Assembly (NCBI GenBank): GCA_024137785.1
Contig: JAHRHZ010000067.1
Location: 5,130,168 to 5,194,167 of the forward strand
Origin: Ginglymostoma cirratum
Lineage: Eukaryota
Reading direction: 5' to 3'
DNA length: 64,000 nucleotides
Positions 38,903 through 52,560 of this stretch are shown piece by piece. The translations under genes were made by a program, and so were the position numbers. Under the pieces are notes generated by a model. That model did no database searches. It had not been told where the DNA came from and saw only the letters and a list, made by a program, of their open reading frames with translations. The stretch's first letter is position 1, and every line of letters begins with the position of its first letter.

Positions 38903-39209
38903 TTTGAACATAAAAATGCCATTGGGCAATGAGATAGTCATTTATTCTTCTCATTTTCCTTGTGGTGTCTGACCAATCTCTGCTATCCTAATGGAGAAAT
39001 ACTGAGCGGAAAAGTTTGCCCCATACAGGAGCGCTACTTAATCAATTGTCTTGGACTTAAAAGCTACTGCGAAGCCTGGGGTGTGTGGCTGTTGAGATTG
39101 TGGTCAAAATTATCGTCTTGTTTTAATATTTTATCTAATAGGCCTGAATATGGCATTAGATTTTCACATTGCTTTCATTTCTGGGCATTGAATTTGGAAT
39201 CCACCCTGG
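38903..39209 (+). repeat. ~300-bp direct repeat, copy 2
   Basis: Copy of 34935-35233 with an ~11-nt insertion. Confidence 0.9.
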
Positions 39210-40360
39210 ATTGATAGAATGGAACGCTTTAATTTTCTGTTGGCCATAAAGATCCTACATGAAATAATTTCATACAATCTCATCACAGTTTCTTGTGAAT
39301 TTAAGCTGCAGTAGGGAACCGCTCAGAATTTGACACAAATCAGCAATGATGGCCAGTGAGTATTTTTCCAAAATTGGAACAGAGTAGGAGTGACTTTACT
39401 TAGCATGTCTCCTTGCTACATCAGATTTGGAATGCTTAATTAATGCAAGGAACTAAAACAGTGGTCAGGCAGTATGTTCAATGAAAACATTTGAAACCGC
39501 AGCTCTTTAAAGCAGCAGTCTTACTATAATTTCAGGCTGTGTGCCTGCTAAAGAATTTTGAGGCAGAAGAAGAATTATGGGATGAAGTTCTTCTTGAAGT
39601 TTAAAATTATGCTGTAACGCAGCAGTCATACAAAATGCCAAGCTTGTAGGGAGGAACAAAAGTTACTAGAACTATTGAAAATAGTACTCAGTTGCTGAGT
39701 TTTAACTTTGCTATTGATGGTTCATTAAAACTTAACTAATGTTGATTAAAATGGCAACATATCTTCAATATCCCTGTCATCAGCAGCTAGCTCAGAAGGA
39801 GTAAAAATTAAAACAGTGGAGAGATATTTTATAACTAGGGACTACCTATGGCTTTAAAGAAAATGCAATCCAATTGCTAAATTTGTACAATGGATGTTGG
39901 TGCTCTTTCACTCTTTGAATTCACTCTTTTAGACTGTAAAGCGTTAGTTACTTGGGAGTACTTTTGACAAGTTTTTATTTAATGCAAGGCTTCAAAAGTG
40001 TCCTGGGAGTGGCAGCGTTGTCCTGGTATGAATATGTTGTGTGCTAATCTATGTATTTTACTTTTCTGTAGAATGTGTTTTTATTGATATCTAGTTTTTA
40101 TATTTGGTAACTACTATGTGGCAAGGAATCCTTTATTACGAGTTAAAGATTGGTATGTTTTAGGATTGGAACATTTTATTTCGTGCACATTTCCTAAAAT
40201 GCTGTCCAGTAAACTTTTAAACTCTAGCTCGAAATTTCCATTTTCAATACACTGACTAGAGGTGCAGACATTACAAATTAAAATTTTTTGCTGCTTATTT
40301 TGTTAGTATTATGACAAACTTTAATAGTTTCAACTGCCTGAGTTTGCTTTTTTAATTTAG

Positions 40361-40578
40361 ATTTTCCTCCCATGGATGCCACTTTTTCCCTCGCATCCCC
40401 CTTCAGGGGAGGACTACACTACAGCTACTGTCAATGCCACTCCACAATTGGCCAGCAGGAAACGCAATTGAAATGGGGCGAGTTGGATCCTGCCTGCTTT
40501 CCTGCCACCTCACCCCACCTGACATGGAATGCCTTGGTACTGCGTGGCGCTTCATCTAGCAGCCCAGTTGAGAACTGA
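40361..40578 (+). other. Candidate alternative terminal/poison coding exon (DFPPMDATFSLASP...PVEN*)
   Basis: Strong acceptor tttgctttttttaatttAG; GC-richer island; 72 codons open in the phase-1 frame of exons 4/5. Confidence 0.35.
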
Positions 40579-42782
40579 CAAAACTTACCAAACTGAGGCA
40601 AGTGAGTTGGAGAGACAGGCAGCCTTGGGACTCAAAACTTGCGAGCTTTGTTTGCAAAGCTATTGGGTTGCCTGTGGTCTTTATGTTTAGTGGGGGGAGT
40701 GGACTTATAGAAAGATTGAGGGGTTATAGCTGGCAGTGTTCCTGCTAATACTGCTTAATAATGTGCATTTCAGTGGCATTTAATAAATTTGGGGGAAACT
40801 ACTCGTTGTTTGCCTTAACTATGATAGTATCTGCCCAGCATTTCCGTTTGAGAGATCCCTGTGCCCACTTCAATAATTGCTAAATTTTACTTTTATATTT
40901 TTATTTGAATTATTCAATGGCGATTTCTTTGACACAATTTCAATTTCCATTACTTGATGATCAGTTACAAATCTGCCTAAATTCTGATTTACTAGTTTTT
41001 ACTCAGCTACTTCTTTTTAAAAATTGTGTAACTATTCGATCTCCATGACATTGCACAGGGGTGGTCAAACCAAGTCTTCAGGTTAATCAGAAGTTGATGA
41101 TGTGGGTAATTAGAGCATGGTACGCAGCTGTAATTCAATCACCATTTCACAGTCATCCATTGTATCCTTATTTTTATGTTCCCGTAATAAATTTTGCACT
41201 GCATTCACACATTCCATAAGTGTAATTCGAGCATTACAAGTTTACATCAGCAATTTTGTTATAAATGTGCCCGAACGTATTTATTATGGGGAAAGTTGGT
41301 AGGAAATTTGTGCAGGTGTAAGATTTTTAACATGTCATAGATTATATCTTTTTATACCTGCGGACTATTTCATACTCAGGAGTCGATCACACTAGTAGCC
41401 ATGTGCAAACTTAAGCAAACTTCCATAAGTTTCAAAAAGCTGCAGATCCCCATAACAGTACTTGCAACAGCACCGGGAAAATTTTTCTTTATGACCTTTC
41501 ATTGTAAATATCTTTGGACACCCGCTGGTGACTGAAAATAAACTCAGCTGTGTACCTGCCAATAGAGTTCAATTGTGAAGTTAACTGCTGCTGTGATTCT
41601 CTCAAACTATTGGGAGTTTCACATCTTTGCTAATTTCTTTAAAAGAGATTTTGTTTGATTTAAATACGGGGACAAATGAAGTTACTGCTGCTGAGAAAAT
41701 GTAGAACAAATATTAGTTGCTGTTGTAATTCTTTTGATTCCATCCAATGTTGAACTGCTTCCAGCTTTCAGTGCCCTTCTGTACTCCCTCTGTTGATATT
41801 TCCAATTTTTATTTTGCTTTACCCCAAATGGGAAGGAGCTTTTTTTTTCATTTAACACCTTTCTTCTATATCATCGTTTTCCTCCAATACCATTTTTAAA
41901 AAAAATTACCTGACCTGAGACCTCTCCATGAAAGGGTTTGCGGTTGCAAATACATAACCTATTACTACACTTAATTTCTTTTGTCTATGTGAATATTACT
42001 TAATTTCCTGAAAATTTTGTTTTTGCCTCTTACTGACAAAGAACAATATTCCATGTTTCCTCTCTCTTGTATAAAGTTTAGCACTAATATATGTCATATT
42101 GTTCACCCTACCATAATGTCTTGGTATTACAGTTTTGTTTTAAATAACGAAAGCAATTTTTACCTAAGCTATAATCATTTCTTTATTAAAACCATGTTGA
42201 CGAATAAGATTAATAATTCTTAGAGCCCTATTATTAACTGGCACTTTGTGCTAATTATTACTTTCTTGTTCAGCTATGTGAAATTGATTTCCACTTATGT
42301 GCACTGTATCTGAATGGAACTTTTTTTATGCGTAGTTCTGCAGGGACTCATTCCTCAAGACATTTGGAATTGAAATTGTTAAAAATGAATGTGAGCTAAA
42401 CTATTTTTTTCCAAAAAGATAGAAATGTTTGTCAATGGAATTGTGTACATAGTATCTGTTTACTTGTTTTTCTGCCAGGTTATGAACACTGCTAATCAAT
42501 ATATTTCCATATCTCCAACACTTTGCTAGTCAGTTAATTTTAATGTTAAAAATGAAAATGCTAAGAAATAGTCTTCATTATTACCAGAATCCAAAAATTA
42601 GAAGCAGCAACTGTGATGAAAAGCTGTTTGTTTCCATTTATATGGGATGGAGAAAGAAAACACCATCTTTAAATTGAAGATTTTTATTTTGTAGTGTTAA
42701 AGCTTTAAAAATTTAAAGACTCCTTGCTAATGAAGTTTTTTTTTTCCACATTTTTCTCCTTCAAAATCCTTTATTCTTCCAG

Positions 42783-42898
42783 ACACTGCTGAGGTTTGCC
42801 ACACTCCAGCACCCGCTGTAAGTCCAATGAATATAGTTAGGGCTGTGGAGAGTGTGCCTTTCCTGTCCCAGGCCTTGCCGACATCTCCACCATGGTGA
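42783..42898 (+). CDS. VEZF1: VEZF1-like last coding exon (DTAEVCHTPAPAVSPMNIVRAVESVPFLSQALPTSPPW*)
   Basis: Long polypyrimidine tract + AG, phase 1; matches the VEZF1 C-terminus (RPVESMPFLPQALPTSPPW); TGA at 42896-98. Confidence 0.9.
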
Positions 42899-45472
42899 AG
42901 GATATTGGAAGCAAGTGCTACTGTCAACGGCTGAATTAGAACTTTATTACCCAGTAGGTATGCTGATGCCTGAAGTGAATTAAACCCAGGATCTTCAATT
43001 AATTCTACCAAGAAGATGGAGATGTTGAGTGGTCTTTCTCCAGAGGGAAAAAAAAATCAAATTTGTAGTCCTTTTTTTCCAACTATGTAAAATTATGGTC
43101 TAATGTCAGACTCTGGATTCATTGACTAGTTAAAAGGTAGGTTACACATTTGTCCATGTCATTCCTGTACCTCCATCTGGGAATAGGTTGGTGATTTGTG
43201 CTGAAAAATGGACACACGTGCTAATGTATAAATATGTACATAGACAAAGTGATTCTACAGATGGATCCCATTCTGTCAGAACAGGAACACAAAATTCATT
43301 TGAGTTGGTGGAAGGCTGAGGAATTGCCCCTCACTTATTTGGTTGCATATTGTCATTACTGCTCAATGTTGCATCTATTTGTACAATTTGAACTGACTAC
43401 ACTGGGGAAGGACAGACTTCAGGAAAAATGAGTAGTTCTGAGGTTGAAAGCCTGGAATGTGCTGGTATTTGTCACATTACGTCATATCTGCACTTTTCTC
43501 AGAATCTGCAAACCCACAAATTATTTACTACATAAATGAGACTAAAGTTTTGACCTTGTTTTAAAGAATGCTTTGAATCACATTGGTGTTACATTGCACT
43601 GGTGTATGTGTCGTACCCCTATATTAATGAGGGCTGGAAAATGAGCATCAAATATAAGCAAGTGCTGTTTCTTACCGCACTGTTTCTTCTGTGATTATAG
43701 TAATTTGGTTTTGCTCTTAAGTTGAAGTGTTTTAGAAAGGTTACGCCTTTTATTTTGGTCTTCAAATGTGGAATTTGACTTTTTTTTTAAAAGATGCAAG
43801 TATTAGGACCTTGTTTTTCTGGCAAACATGTATGGAAGTTACTACTTGTCCAGTCTCCATGGACTATTAATTTTGGATCCAATCAACAGACCATATTCCT
43901 ACAAAAGGAATAGTAATTCATTATGTCACATCAACACCCAGAAGGTAAGGATGGAGAAGTTGAAACATGCTCACTAAATCCAGGTTATAAACTGGTTTTC
44001 TTTATAGAAAGGACGTAGTAATCACAATTTTAGCATTGCCTGTCCTGAAATCATTAATATCAAGGCAAATGAAAGTTATCACCTTAGTTTCTCCAAGGTA
44101 GTTGTTTGTACAATTCCCTTAGTGTTTCATGTTATTGAAAGTACTGAATCATGACTCTCTATTTGGATTCATCTTTCTGGTTAAATTGCCTAGAGGATCT
44201 TTCCCTCTATGCATGCTTTCATTGTGTTCGATTGCTATTTTGCTCCATGGTGACACTTGCAGTGCCCTCCTAAAACTTAAGGAAACTAGTAAGGTAATAA
44301 ATATGTTTAAAATATTTTGTGGATTTAGTGGGTAATTGAACTACACAAACTGGGAAGGAAGGTGTTGCGGAATGGAGGGGGGGAAATAGGCAGAGTTCCA
44401 ATTCCTGAATTTTTCTTTTTATTATTGAGTTACCTTCAGTAAGAAATGCATGGATTGGGATTGGTGACAATATTGGACTTAGAAATAGTGACAGGATACT
44501 CTGTGGCGGAGTAGCCAGCCTGTGTCCATGGTCTAGGATCACACATGAAGCTTGGACAATTCAGTGAGATACCAAATGGAATCCATTACCTGCAAATATA
44601 TGGCAGCAGGTGTCTTTAACTTATCTCCAGGAGAGAAATTTTATTAAAATTTAAACATATTGACTTTTTTGAGTTGTGCACTTTATTGAGTTGCTCATTT
44701 TTCTTTCCATAAGTGACCATTTGAAATATTATTTGATCTTTGTTATTCTGCTGTGCATATGATACACCAACCAGTGTAAGAAAAGCACCTGCCCAGGTTT
44801 TTACTGTTGGATGGTTAATGGCCAATCTGTGGGGTCTAAAGCCAGATGTAACTCTTTTCTATTCCTTTTGAATCTTAAAAACGTCCAGCATTTCGGGAAT
44901 AGTTTTCTAATTATACATTTCCAAAACTGAGCTTAACACAGCTCCAGAAATTCTGGTTTCACAGTTTGGTTTTTTTACTTTGTTTTTATCTTTTTGGTAA
45001 TATTTTTAGTAAGGTACTGTATTAATAGGCTGCAATTTAATTACAAACCACAGTATGTGGATATGTCCCAGTATCTAATTCTAACATCAAAACTGTACTA
45101 TATTCATGAACCATTGCAGTATTGTAAACTATTATTTCATTGGGCAAAGAAGTGATCTGCCTTCTATTTTAATGATCCAAATTCCCATTATGGAAATTCC
45201 CTAACTGAACATTCTCTCAAGTGTACAAGTAACATCTTCAGTTTACTTCTCCTTTCCTTTCCTTCTACTGCTTTTTGAATATCCACAGTTCATAGCTATA
45301 TGTTGATAAATATACTACATTAGTCAATTTCTATGTCAGTTTTACTTTGATTGGCATTACAGTGTATTCTGAATCTGTTTTCTGGCCAAACTGTTTTCCT
45401 CCAACTTTGGCCCTCTTCCCAACCCTTTCCCTATTCTTCATATGGACCTTAGCAGATTGTGGTGCGTGAAAT

Positions 45473-45790
45473 GGGGTGGCACAGTGGCTCAGTGGTTAGC
45501 ACTGCAGCCTCACAGCGCCAGGGTCCCGGGTTCGATTCCAGCCCCAGGTGACTGTGCAAACTCCACACATTCTCCCAGTGTCTGCGTGGGTTTCCTCCGG
45601 GTGCTCCGGTTTCCTCCCACAGTCCAAAGATGTGCAGGCTCGGTGGATTGGCCATGCTAAATTGCCCATAGTGTTCAGGGTGTGTGGGTTATAGGGGGAT
45701 GGGTCTGGGTGGGATGCTCCAAGGGTCGGTGTGGACTTGTTGGGCCGAAGGGCCTGTTTCCACACTGTAGGGATTCTTCTTCTTCTTCTA
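45473..45790 (+). mobile_element. HE1-family SINE (young copy, (TTC)n tail)
   Basis: Near-consensus HE1: gtggctcagtggttagcactgcagcctcacagcgccagggtcccgggttcgattcc...gggccgaagggcctgtttccacactgtagggattct. Confidence 0.92.
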
Positions 45791-46834
45791 ATGAAAGGCA
45801 AATCAATTTTGATTTTTTGGGAAGGTATCCTTTTGGGGGTGGGTGGGTGGGGTGCAGGAGGGGTGTCATGAAGTACAAATTGAAGCATATGGTTTGCTTT
45901 AAAATATTTCTGTCACTGGAAATGTAAAAAATTGATCAACCTGTATGACGGAAATGGAAATGCTTTGGCTTTAAATCATTTGTTTAAAAGATGAATTGAT
46001 GTGTAGGGAAAGCTAGTAACTAGTATTGGACAAGATTTCATATTTGACTCTTTTTGTTAGAATTTTAAAGTTTTGCTGCATCTCCAAGTCTTTTGTGCAA
46101 TTAAAAATGATGAAACAGAAGAATAAGTTCCATTCCCCAATACCATTTGCTTTTCACACGTGCATGTTGAAAAACTGTTTACAACTGCACTCTACAGCAG
46201 TGCTGCTTACTACCTCAGTAACCTTTTCATTTTCCACATCGGAAGACAAAGCACCGTGACCCATTGTACACTTTAGAAAATTGTTGAAGAATTACGGACC
46301 TATTGTAAATCTAGAATATTCTCAAACTTGCTATTTTTGTTAAAATTACGCATTGTGTATATTTGTAATGCATTGACTTAAGCTTTATTTGGCTTTCCTT
46401 TATTACCTTGCTTTACAATTAATCATGTACTAAAAAAATGAATACTTTGCTGTTTCTGTGACTGTGCAAGATACTGTCTTGTTTTCAAAATTAAAAATAT
46501 CGCCCTTAGGTCTTCTGATGTCTTTTAATATAAAGAGAAGCCCAGTGTGTATAGGGAGCTGAAATCCTGTTCTATACCGCCTTGGCATGAGAAATATTTT
46601 TAAAGTTTACAATGGTAGTTAAATAATCGAAGCCTGCAGTTTGTTGCACCATTTGTGGTGTTCATTAGAAGTGGCGTTGTTGCCAAGACCTCAAATTAAA
46701 GTTTGCTTATTATATCTCAATGCAGATTCATTTACCAAGCAGTGATTTAGCACAGGTTGATTGAGTTCTGATGTTAACATTGAGCTCCGAACAGTTGTCA
46801 ACTAATTGTGATAAGATGTTTTTTCTTGTGTAGA

Positions 46835-47270
46835 TGATACAGTAGCAGAGTGGTTATATTACTGGCTGAGTGATCTAAAGGCCTCATCATTGATCAGAAG
46901 ACATTGATTCAAATCCCACCATGTCAGCTGGAAGTATAATTAAATTATTATTATTATTTTATAAATAAATTAATTTAAATAAAACAAAATCAATAATTGT
47001 GAACACAAAGCAACTAGATGCCCCATATTACAGCTCACCCAATTCATTCATGTCCTTTTTAAAGAAGGAAGTCAGTCATCTTTAACTGCACTGGCCTAAT
47101 GTAACTCCAAACCTATTTCAATGTCGTTGATTTTTGCATTCTGAAATGACCTGGCAAACCACTGTGTTGTAAAGAAGGTGGCTTACTATCATCTTGAGGA
47201 CAATTGGGAATGGGTAATCAATCCTGGCCTCAGTGGTGTTCTCCTTCTCTGATGAATGAATGAGGTTTTA
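46835..47270 (+). mobile_element. Shark tRNA-derived SINE (old, LF-SINE-like core)
   Basis: gattcaaatcccaccatg...ctggcctaatgtaactcca...gcaaaccactg...caattgggaatggg. Confidence 0.55.
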
Positions 47271-49849
47271 AAAATAATAAAAGATGCTAAGTGATCCAGA
47301 AGTAGAAAAAAAAACAAAGGATTTGTGTGTAACAGTGACTACTACAAAAGGTTTCCCAATAAAGTTTTGGCTTTTCTTTCAAGGACATAAAAACACTCTT
47401 TTTCCTGTGGAATGTGCAACTCACGGACTGTTGATCTGCTTCAACTTCACCAATGCTACTCAGAAATAGACTGTTAAAAGTTGATCAAGACAAGCCTCCT
47501 GTATCAACTACTTGTTCATCACCCTCAATATGGAACGTTTTTGATGTCAGCTCAGTACATCATCAACGAATGTACTGAAGACAAAATTTTAGAACTTAGT
47601 GTGTGATTTTGCAGGCCTAAACACACAGTCCTATCAGCAATAACATTGCAGTAGGATTTCAACATTCTAAACCGCGATGGTGTCTGCTGTAGGTACATTT
47701 TGACATGTTCAGATTGGAGCATAAATGCAGTGGGAATGCAGTTACGATTTTATTTCATTTTTGTGTAATAAAAGTTAATGTAGGTGAAGTGAGATCAATA
47801 CATTGCAGAATTGGCAATTTTGAAGTGGTTCTTGACTAATCATAGAGATGATTTGTATTCATGAGGTTATATCTGCCTAACACGACTCTTTCCACATCTT
47901 AAAATTGTTTTGAGTCTTGTGTTGTAACTCTTTTTAAACTGAGAGTAAATGGAAGTTATTGTTCAAATCTGGAAAGCCAGCACCACCATAATTTTCACCT
48001 TTATCTCTTTGGTTCCTTTGTTTTGTTTCCTCCACTCTTGCTCCAACAAAGAGAATAGATGGCTGCCACGAGGTGTACAGAGCTATCTATCCCTCTATGC
48101 TCAACCAACCCGAATTGGCCTCTGCCTGATAGAATAGTTTTCAAAACTCTTATGAGTTATACCTTGCAGCTAATCACTAATTTCCTGCCTATGGTACATG
48201 GTAAAATTGATATAGTCCTACTTTTTGCTAACTAAGGAAAAGTAAGGAGAATTATTGGGCATGGTAGCCTAGTGATTCTATACTAGATGAGCAGTTTAGA
48301 ACTTGAGAGTTCACAACTCAAGTGTTGGCAGTTTGAATGCATTAAAAGTTCTAATTTGTGGGCTGGCATCAGCAAAGGTATTGCTGGTACACTGGTACAC
48401 CTGGTATCTGGTACACCTACATTTTTTTCACAGAACAAAACATCCTACCCCTTCCAAATTCAGCTTACTCCAGTCTTGTTTACTAGGTTGACTTTAATGC
48501 CCTCAGCAATCTAGGGAATGAGTAATACATCACTCCTTGCTTGCAATCCCCACATTGAGAAAGGAAATGCAAACATGCGAGAGTTTTTAGGACAATGGAA
48601 AATAAGTTGTCAGATATTTGGCACCACATCAAGCCAACTGAACTGTTGACAGCACCTTTATGAAATTCAAGCTGACATTATTTTCCCTCTGCTAAAGAGC
48701 ATTTTATGGGCTATTCAAAATGATGTGCTGAAGGAGTTGCATTTTTGAGTTTCAGGAGGAGGAGTTTGGCTTTACACCTGGCAATGTAATTTGCATGTGC
48801 AATATGGGCTTCCCATAGTTCCAGTTATGGAAATTAATGTCTAATTATAACTAGTTAACATTGTTTAAACCAAACTTGCACTGATAAAATTGTCTTTCCC
48901 TGTTAATGCCTTCCATGAAAATGCAACACTAATGAAGGGCTATAATAAAAACTTTATCTGATAGGGTATAAAGTTGGGGCTAGCTAGATCATTTGGGAAT
49001 GAAATCTGAGTATAGTAGAAATCTGAAGTTACCTTTCCAGGAATAGCTAATGTGCCTGAGACACTTTCAAGGCTGAGATTGGTAGATATTTGTTGGATAA
49101 AGATATCCAGGGTTATGAAGTTGAGGTAAGGATCAACTATGACCTAAGAGACAGCCAGAATGCAGTGCTCGTTATTCTATATTTTAGAAATATTTTAAAA
49201 TATAGATAAAATGGCAATAAAAGACCAATCTTTGTTGAATTAATTAAAGGATGGTCAGAAGTGAAATGCGTCTTGGTGAGCTGTAAATTTGTGTTTGTCA
49301 ACTTCCCAATTAGTAAATATGGAACAGTAGAGCATTTTAGCCTTGCACCTCTCTATTGACCAATCTCTGCTAAAAGTACTTGTATTGTTGGGGATAGAAA
49401 ACAAGAGAGGTACAGGCCCAAATGCAACCATTGTAATAACTTTTGCACAATTAAGTTCCCTTTTGAAAAATGGGAGGTGAGAAAGTGTTTTTAAAAACAT
49501 GTTTGTGAGAGTATAAGCCTTTGGGACTTCTGTTAGTTAGCAAAGTCATTATATCTTGACACATTCCCCATTCAACTTTCTGCTTCTGCTATAACTTGGC
49601 CATTCATTTATGGGATTCTTTTCTCCCTAGTATTAAAAGCATAAAATGATTCTCAATTTCTTTGAATCGGTAAACTTGTTCTGAGATTATAGAGAATTAT
49701 GAAAAAGTTTTCAGAACTGAGCGGAGAAACCTACTGTTGTATTGGAGTCTACATTCATACTGTTTATTTTTGTTCATCACTACTCGCAAGTGCTGTTCTT
49801 GAATGGTGTGTTAAAGTGGATTATGTCTTCTAATATTTTATATTAGGAA

Positions 49850-50300
49850 GAATATACTTTAGAGGGAGTACAGTAATTGTTCACCTGGCAGGCACTGAGA
49901 TGAAAGGTAAACAAGGAGAGAACTTAGACCAAGTTCATATTCTTTGTTTAAAACAATGAGAGATGGTCTCATTGAAACATAAAGCTCTAAAGGTTCTTGA
50001 AAGGGGAGATGCTCTAAGGAGGTTCACCCTTCTGGGAGTCTGGAACCAGGGATTACATTTGCAAAATAAGGGCCATGAGAATTGTTTCAACTCAAAGGAT
50101 CATAAATCTTTGAAATTCTCTGCCCAAAAAAATTGGGATGTTCAGTTTTTGAGCATGTTCAAGACAAATTGACAGATTTTTGGGTGTAGGGAATTGAGAT
50201 TTGGGAATAGTGGCAAAATGTAACCAAAGAAGATGCTCAGCAAAGATTGCATGATGAAGCAGACTTGGCAGAATGGCCTGTTCCTGCTCTGAATTCTCTA
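49850..50300 (+). mobile_element. CR1-type LINE 3' fragment (old)
   Basis: gatggtctcattgaaacataaagctctaaagg (GDLIETYKIL-like); tail ggcagaatggcctgttcctgctc. Confidence 0.55.
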
Positions 50301-52068
50301 GATAGGGAGCTGACTTTAAATAGGTCTGCAAGTCGTCTCCATGTGTGGTAACGCTGTCTTCGAGGTAGTGCTGCAAGGAGCTGAGTTGCTAAGCAACATT
50401 GTCATACAATGCATACATTCTTGCTTCTGATTTGAATGAGCCTGAAATGCATCTTTGGAGGAAAGTTGCCAATTGCCCAATATTTTCTCCATGAGCATGG
50501 GATATTGTAGTTGTATATTGGATTACTGATCATGAAGTCGTCTTTTTCTGGTTTTTATTAAAAAGAATTGTGATTGCTAAAGAATCTACTTTTGAACCTG
50601 TATTCAAGAAGGATTTTCTAGCACCAGCTTTTGTCTTTTGCTGAGCCAGAAATTATCATCTAGTACAGAATCAGCATGTTTACTCATTTCAACCTTGGTG
50701 GTTCCCTTGTGTTTACTCAGAACCACAATCAAACAGAATTTTTGTTTATTGGTAGATGATTTGAGTGTCGTCAGTTGTAATATGCGTGCTCTTTCTTATC
50801 CTCTTCTGGTTGCATTCAGAAGTAATGCCAAGACCAATTCAACCAGAAATTGTATCCAACGGGTATAGGTCTCTACCATCATGTATAATAAGCCATGTTG
50901 AAAGCATAACTTTAAAACATTGTATGGAAATCTTCAAATACATTTGGGAAATATGCAGCAGCTATTATGGAAAACTAGGTTTATGGGTTTTTCTTAAGTT
51001 TTTTAAGAGTTTTACCAAATAGCTCTAGGTACAGAGTTCATCATGTAATAATGAGTATATATGATACCACCTCTATTTCAGTACATATCAGAAAGCTCTT
51101 CCTGTGAACATGAAACCGTAAGACACTATTTCAAGGATTGTGTGCTGTACGCCATGGAGTTTACTGTTTGTGAGGAGTAGACGATATGCAGTTTAACCTG
51201 TGAAGAATTGCTGCATCTCAGAGCAAAATTTACTGAAATAATTTTCAATCTGATTAAAATAAAGGTTTAATGTTTGCACTGTTTATAGAATCTATAATTT
51301 TTGGCTATACTACAGTAATTTCTCAAAGGGATAGGGGTGTGACAGTGCTAAAACTGTAGATTTTCAAACAACTTTTTTTAAAAATAAAACTAAAACATAA
51401 CCTGTAAAAATAATACAAATTAACAGATGCCTGAAAGTGATATCAAGAGTTTACTTTTGCATCCAATTGTTTCATGACCTCCATGATTAGACTACAACCT
51501 TCATAAATCACTCCAAGATGTTCATTATTCCCTATTTATTTCAGACCCTTACCGGGACTGCAGGGATTGGGGTGGGTGTGATTCAATGTGATTTCATCAA
51601 ATGCATATTTTGCAGTAAAATTCTCATTAGAACCTCCTACGATGACAACTGTTGCAACGCACAGGACATTGTTGGATTGTTAGCTCTGGTATTCAATGCT
51701 TTTTCAGTTTTTGCCTGTGATTTTATAATTTTTTTTAATGATCAGGTTTTTGCAAGTGTACTGGATTTGTTTTGCTGACTACTAAAGTCATGCCATGTGC
51801 GGTGAAGACACCTGCTGCCATATTTCGTCTGCTTCTGTTAAATTCTTACAACTACGTTTTATGTCTACTGCTCTGCCTAGTATTTGCAAATAGTACAGAA
51901 TTGTGTCAAGATTAAAAGAAAACAAAATCCTGTTCTGTTGTGTTCTAATAACTTTTGGCTTTTTATATATCTTGTGCTGTATATTCAGTGTAACTTTTAG
52001 CAGGAAGAAAATGATACCTGACCATAGATTTGTAGATAACCTGTTCAGTATGTATTATTGAAACTTTG

Positions 52069-52074
52069 AATAAA
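52069..52074 (+). terminator. Candidate distal polyadenylation signal AATAAA
   Basis: Upstream UGUA-containing AT-rich UTR-like sequence and downstream U/GU-rich tract; one of several AATAAA downstream of the stop. Confidence 0.3.
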
Positions 52075-52374
52075 TTTTTTTTGTTATGAAATGTGACTCA
52101 CTTTTTCTATTTAAATGACTTAATTGGAATATTAAGCGCGTCCATTCTGGGTAGGCTCATAGGCAAACCTTTGAGAACAGTTCTTGGAACCGGAATTACG
52201 ATATCTATGAGTTCTCCAATTAACTGTGTATCTCTGATCCATTTAATTCAGGACTACTTGATGCAGTTATGAGTACAAAGTGGAATAAAATTGATGAGGC
52301 ATGCATATCTTGGTCTTGGACTCAGTTATGCTGTGATTGAAAAACCCAGACGTGTATCGGATGAGTTTCAGAGC

Positions 52375-52560
52375 ATTGGACTTTGACGGCTGATGGTATT
52401 AGCGATTCTTGCCAGGGTTTATCACTACCTATTTTGTTTCCGATTCCAGCTCTTCGCATCTCGAGCAGTTTTGGCTCTGACTGTTTTAATGACCACAAAA
52501 TCCTGGGAATGGTGTGACAGAAATGAAGATGTACTGTATTACATGTTGCAATACTTGTGA
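52375..52560 (+). repeat. ~185-bp diverged direct repeat, copy 1
   Basis: Shares ctgactgttttaatgaccacaaaatcctggga.tggtgtgacagaaatg with 53488-53675. Confidence 0.85.

Noticed and set aside
34935-39209. LTR pair of a retrotransposon
   Set aside because: No TG..CA ends, PBS, PPT or internal gag/pol; the interior is a Penelope insertion plus ordinary intron.
8805-42898. Calling the gene MAZ or PATZ1
   Set aside because: N-terminus, ZF1 and C-terminal PFL.QALPTSPPW match VEZF1; there is no BTB domain. Only exon 5 is MAZ-like.
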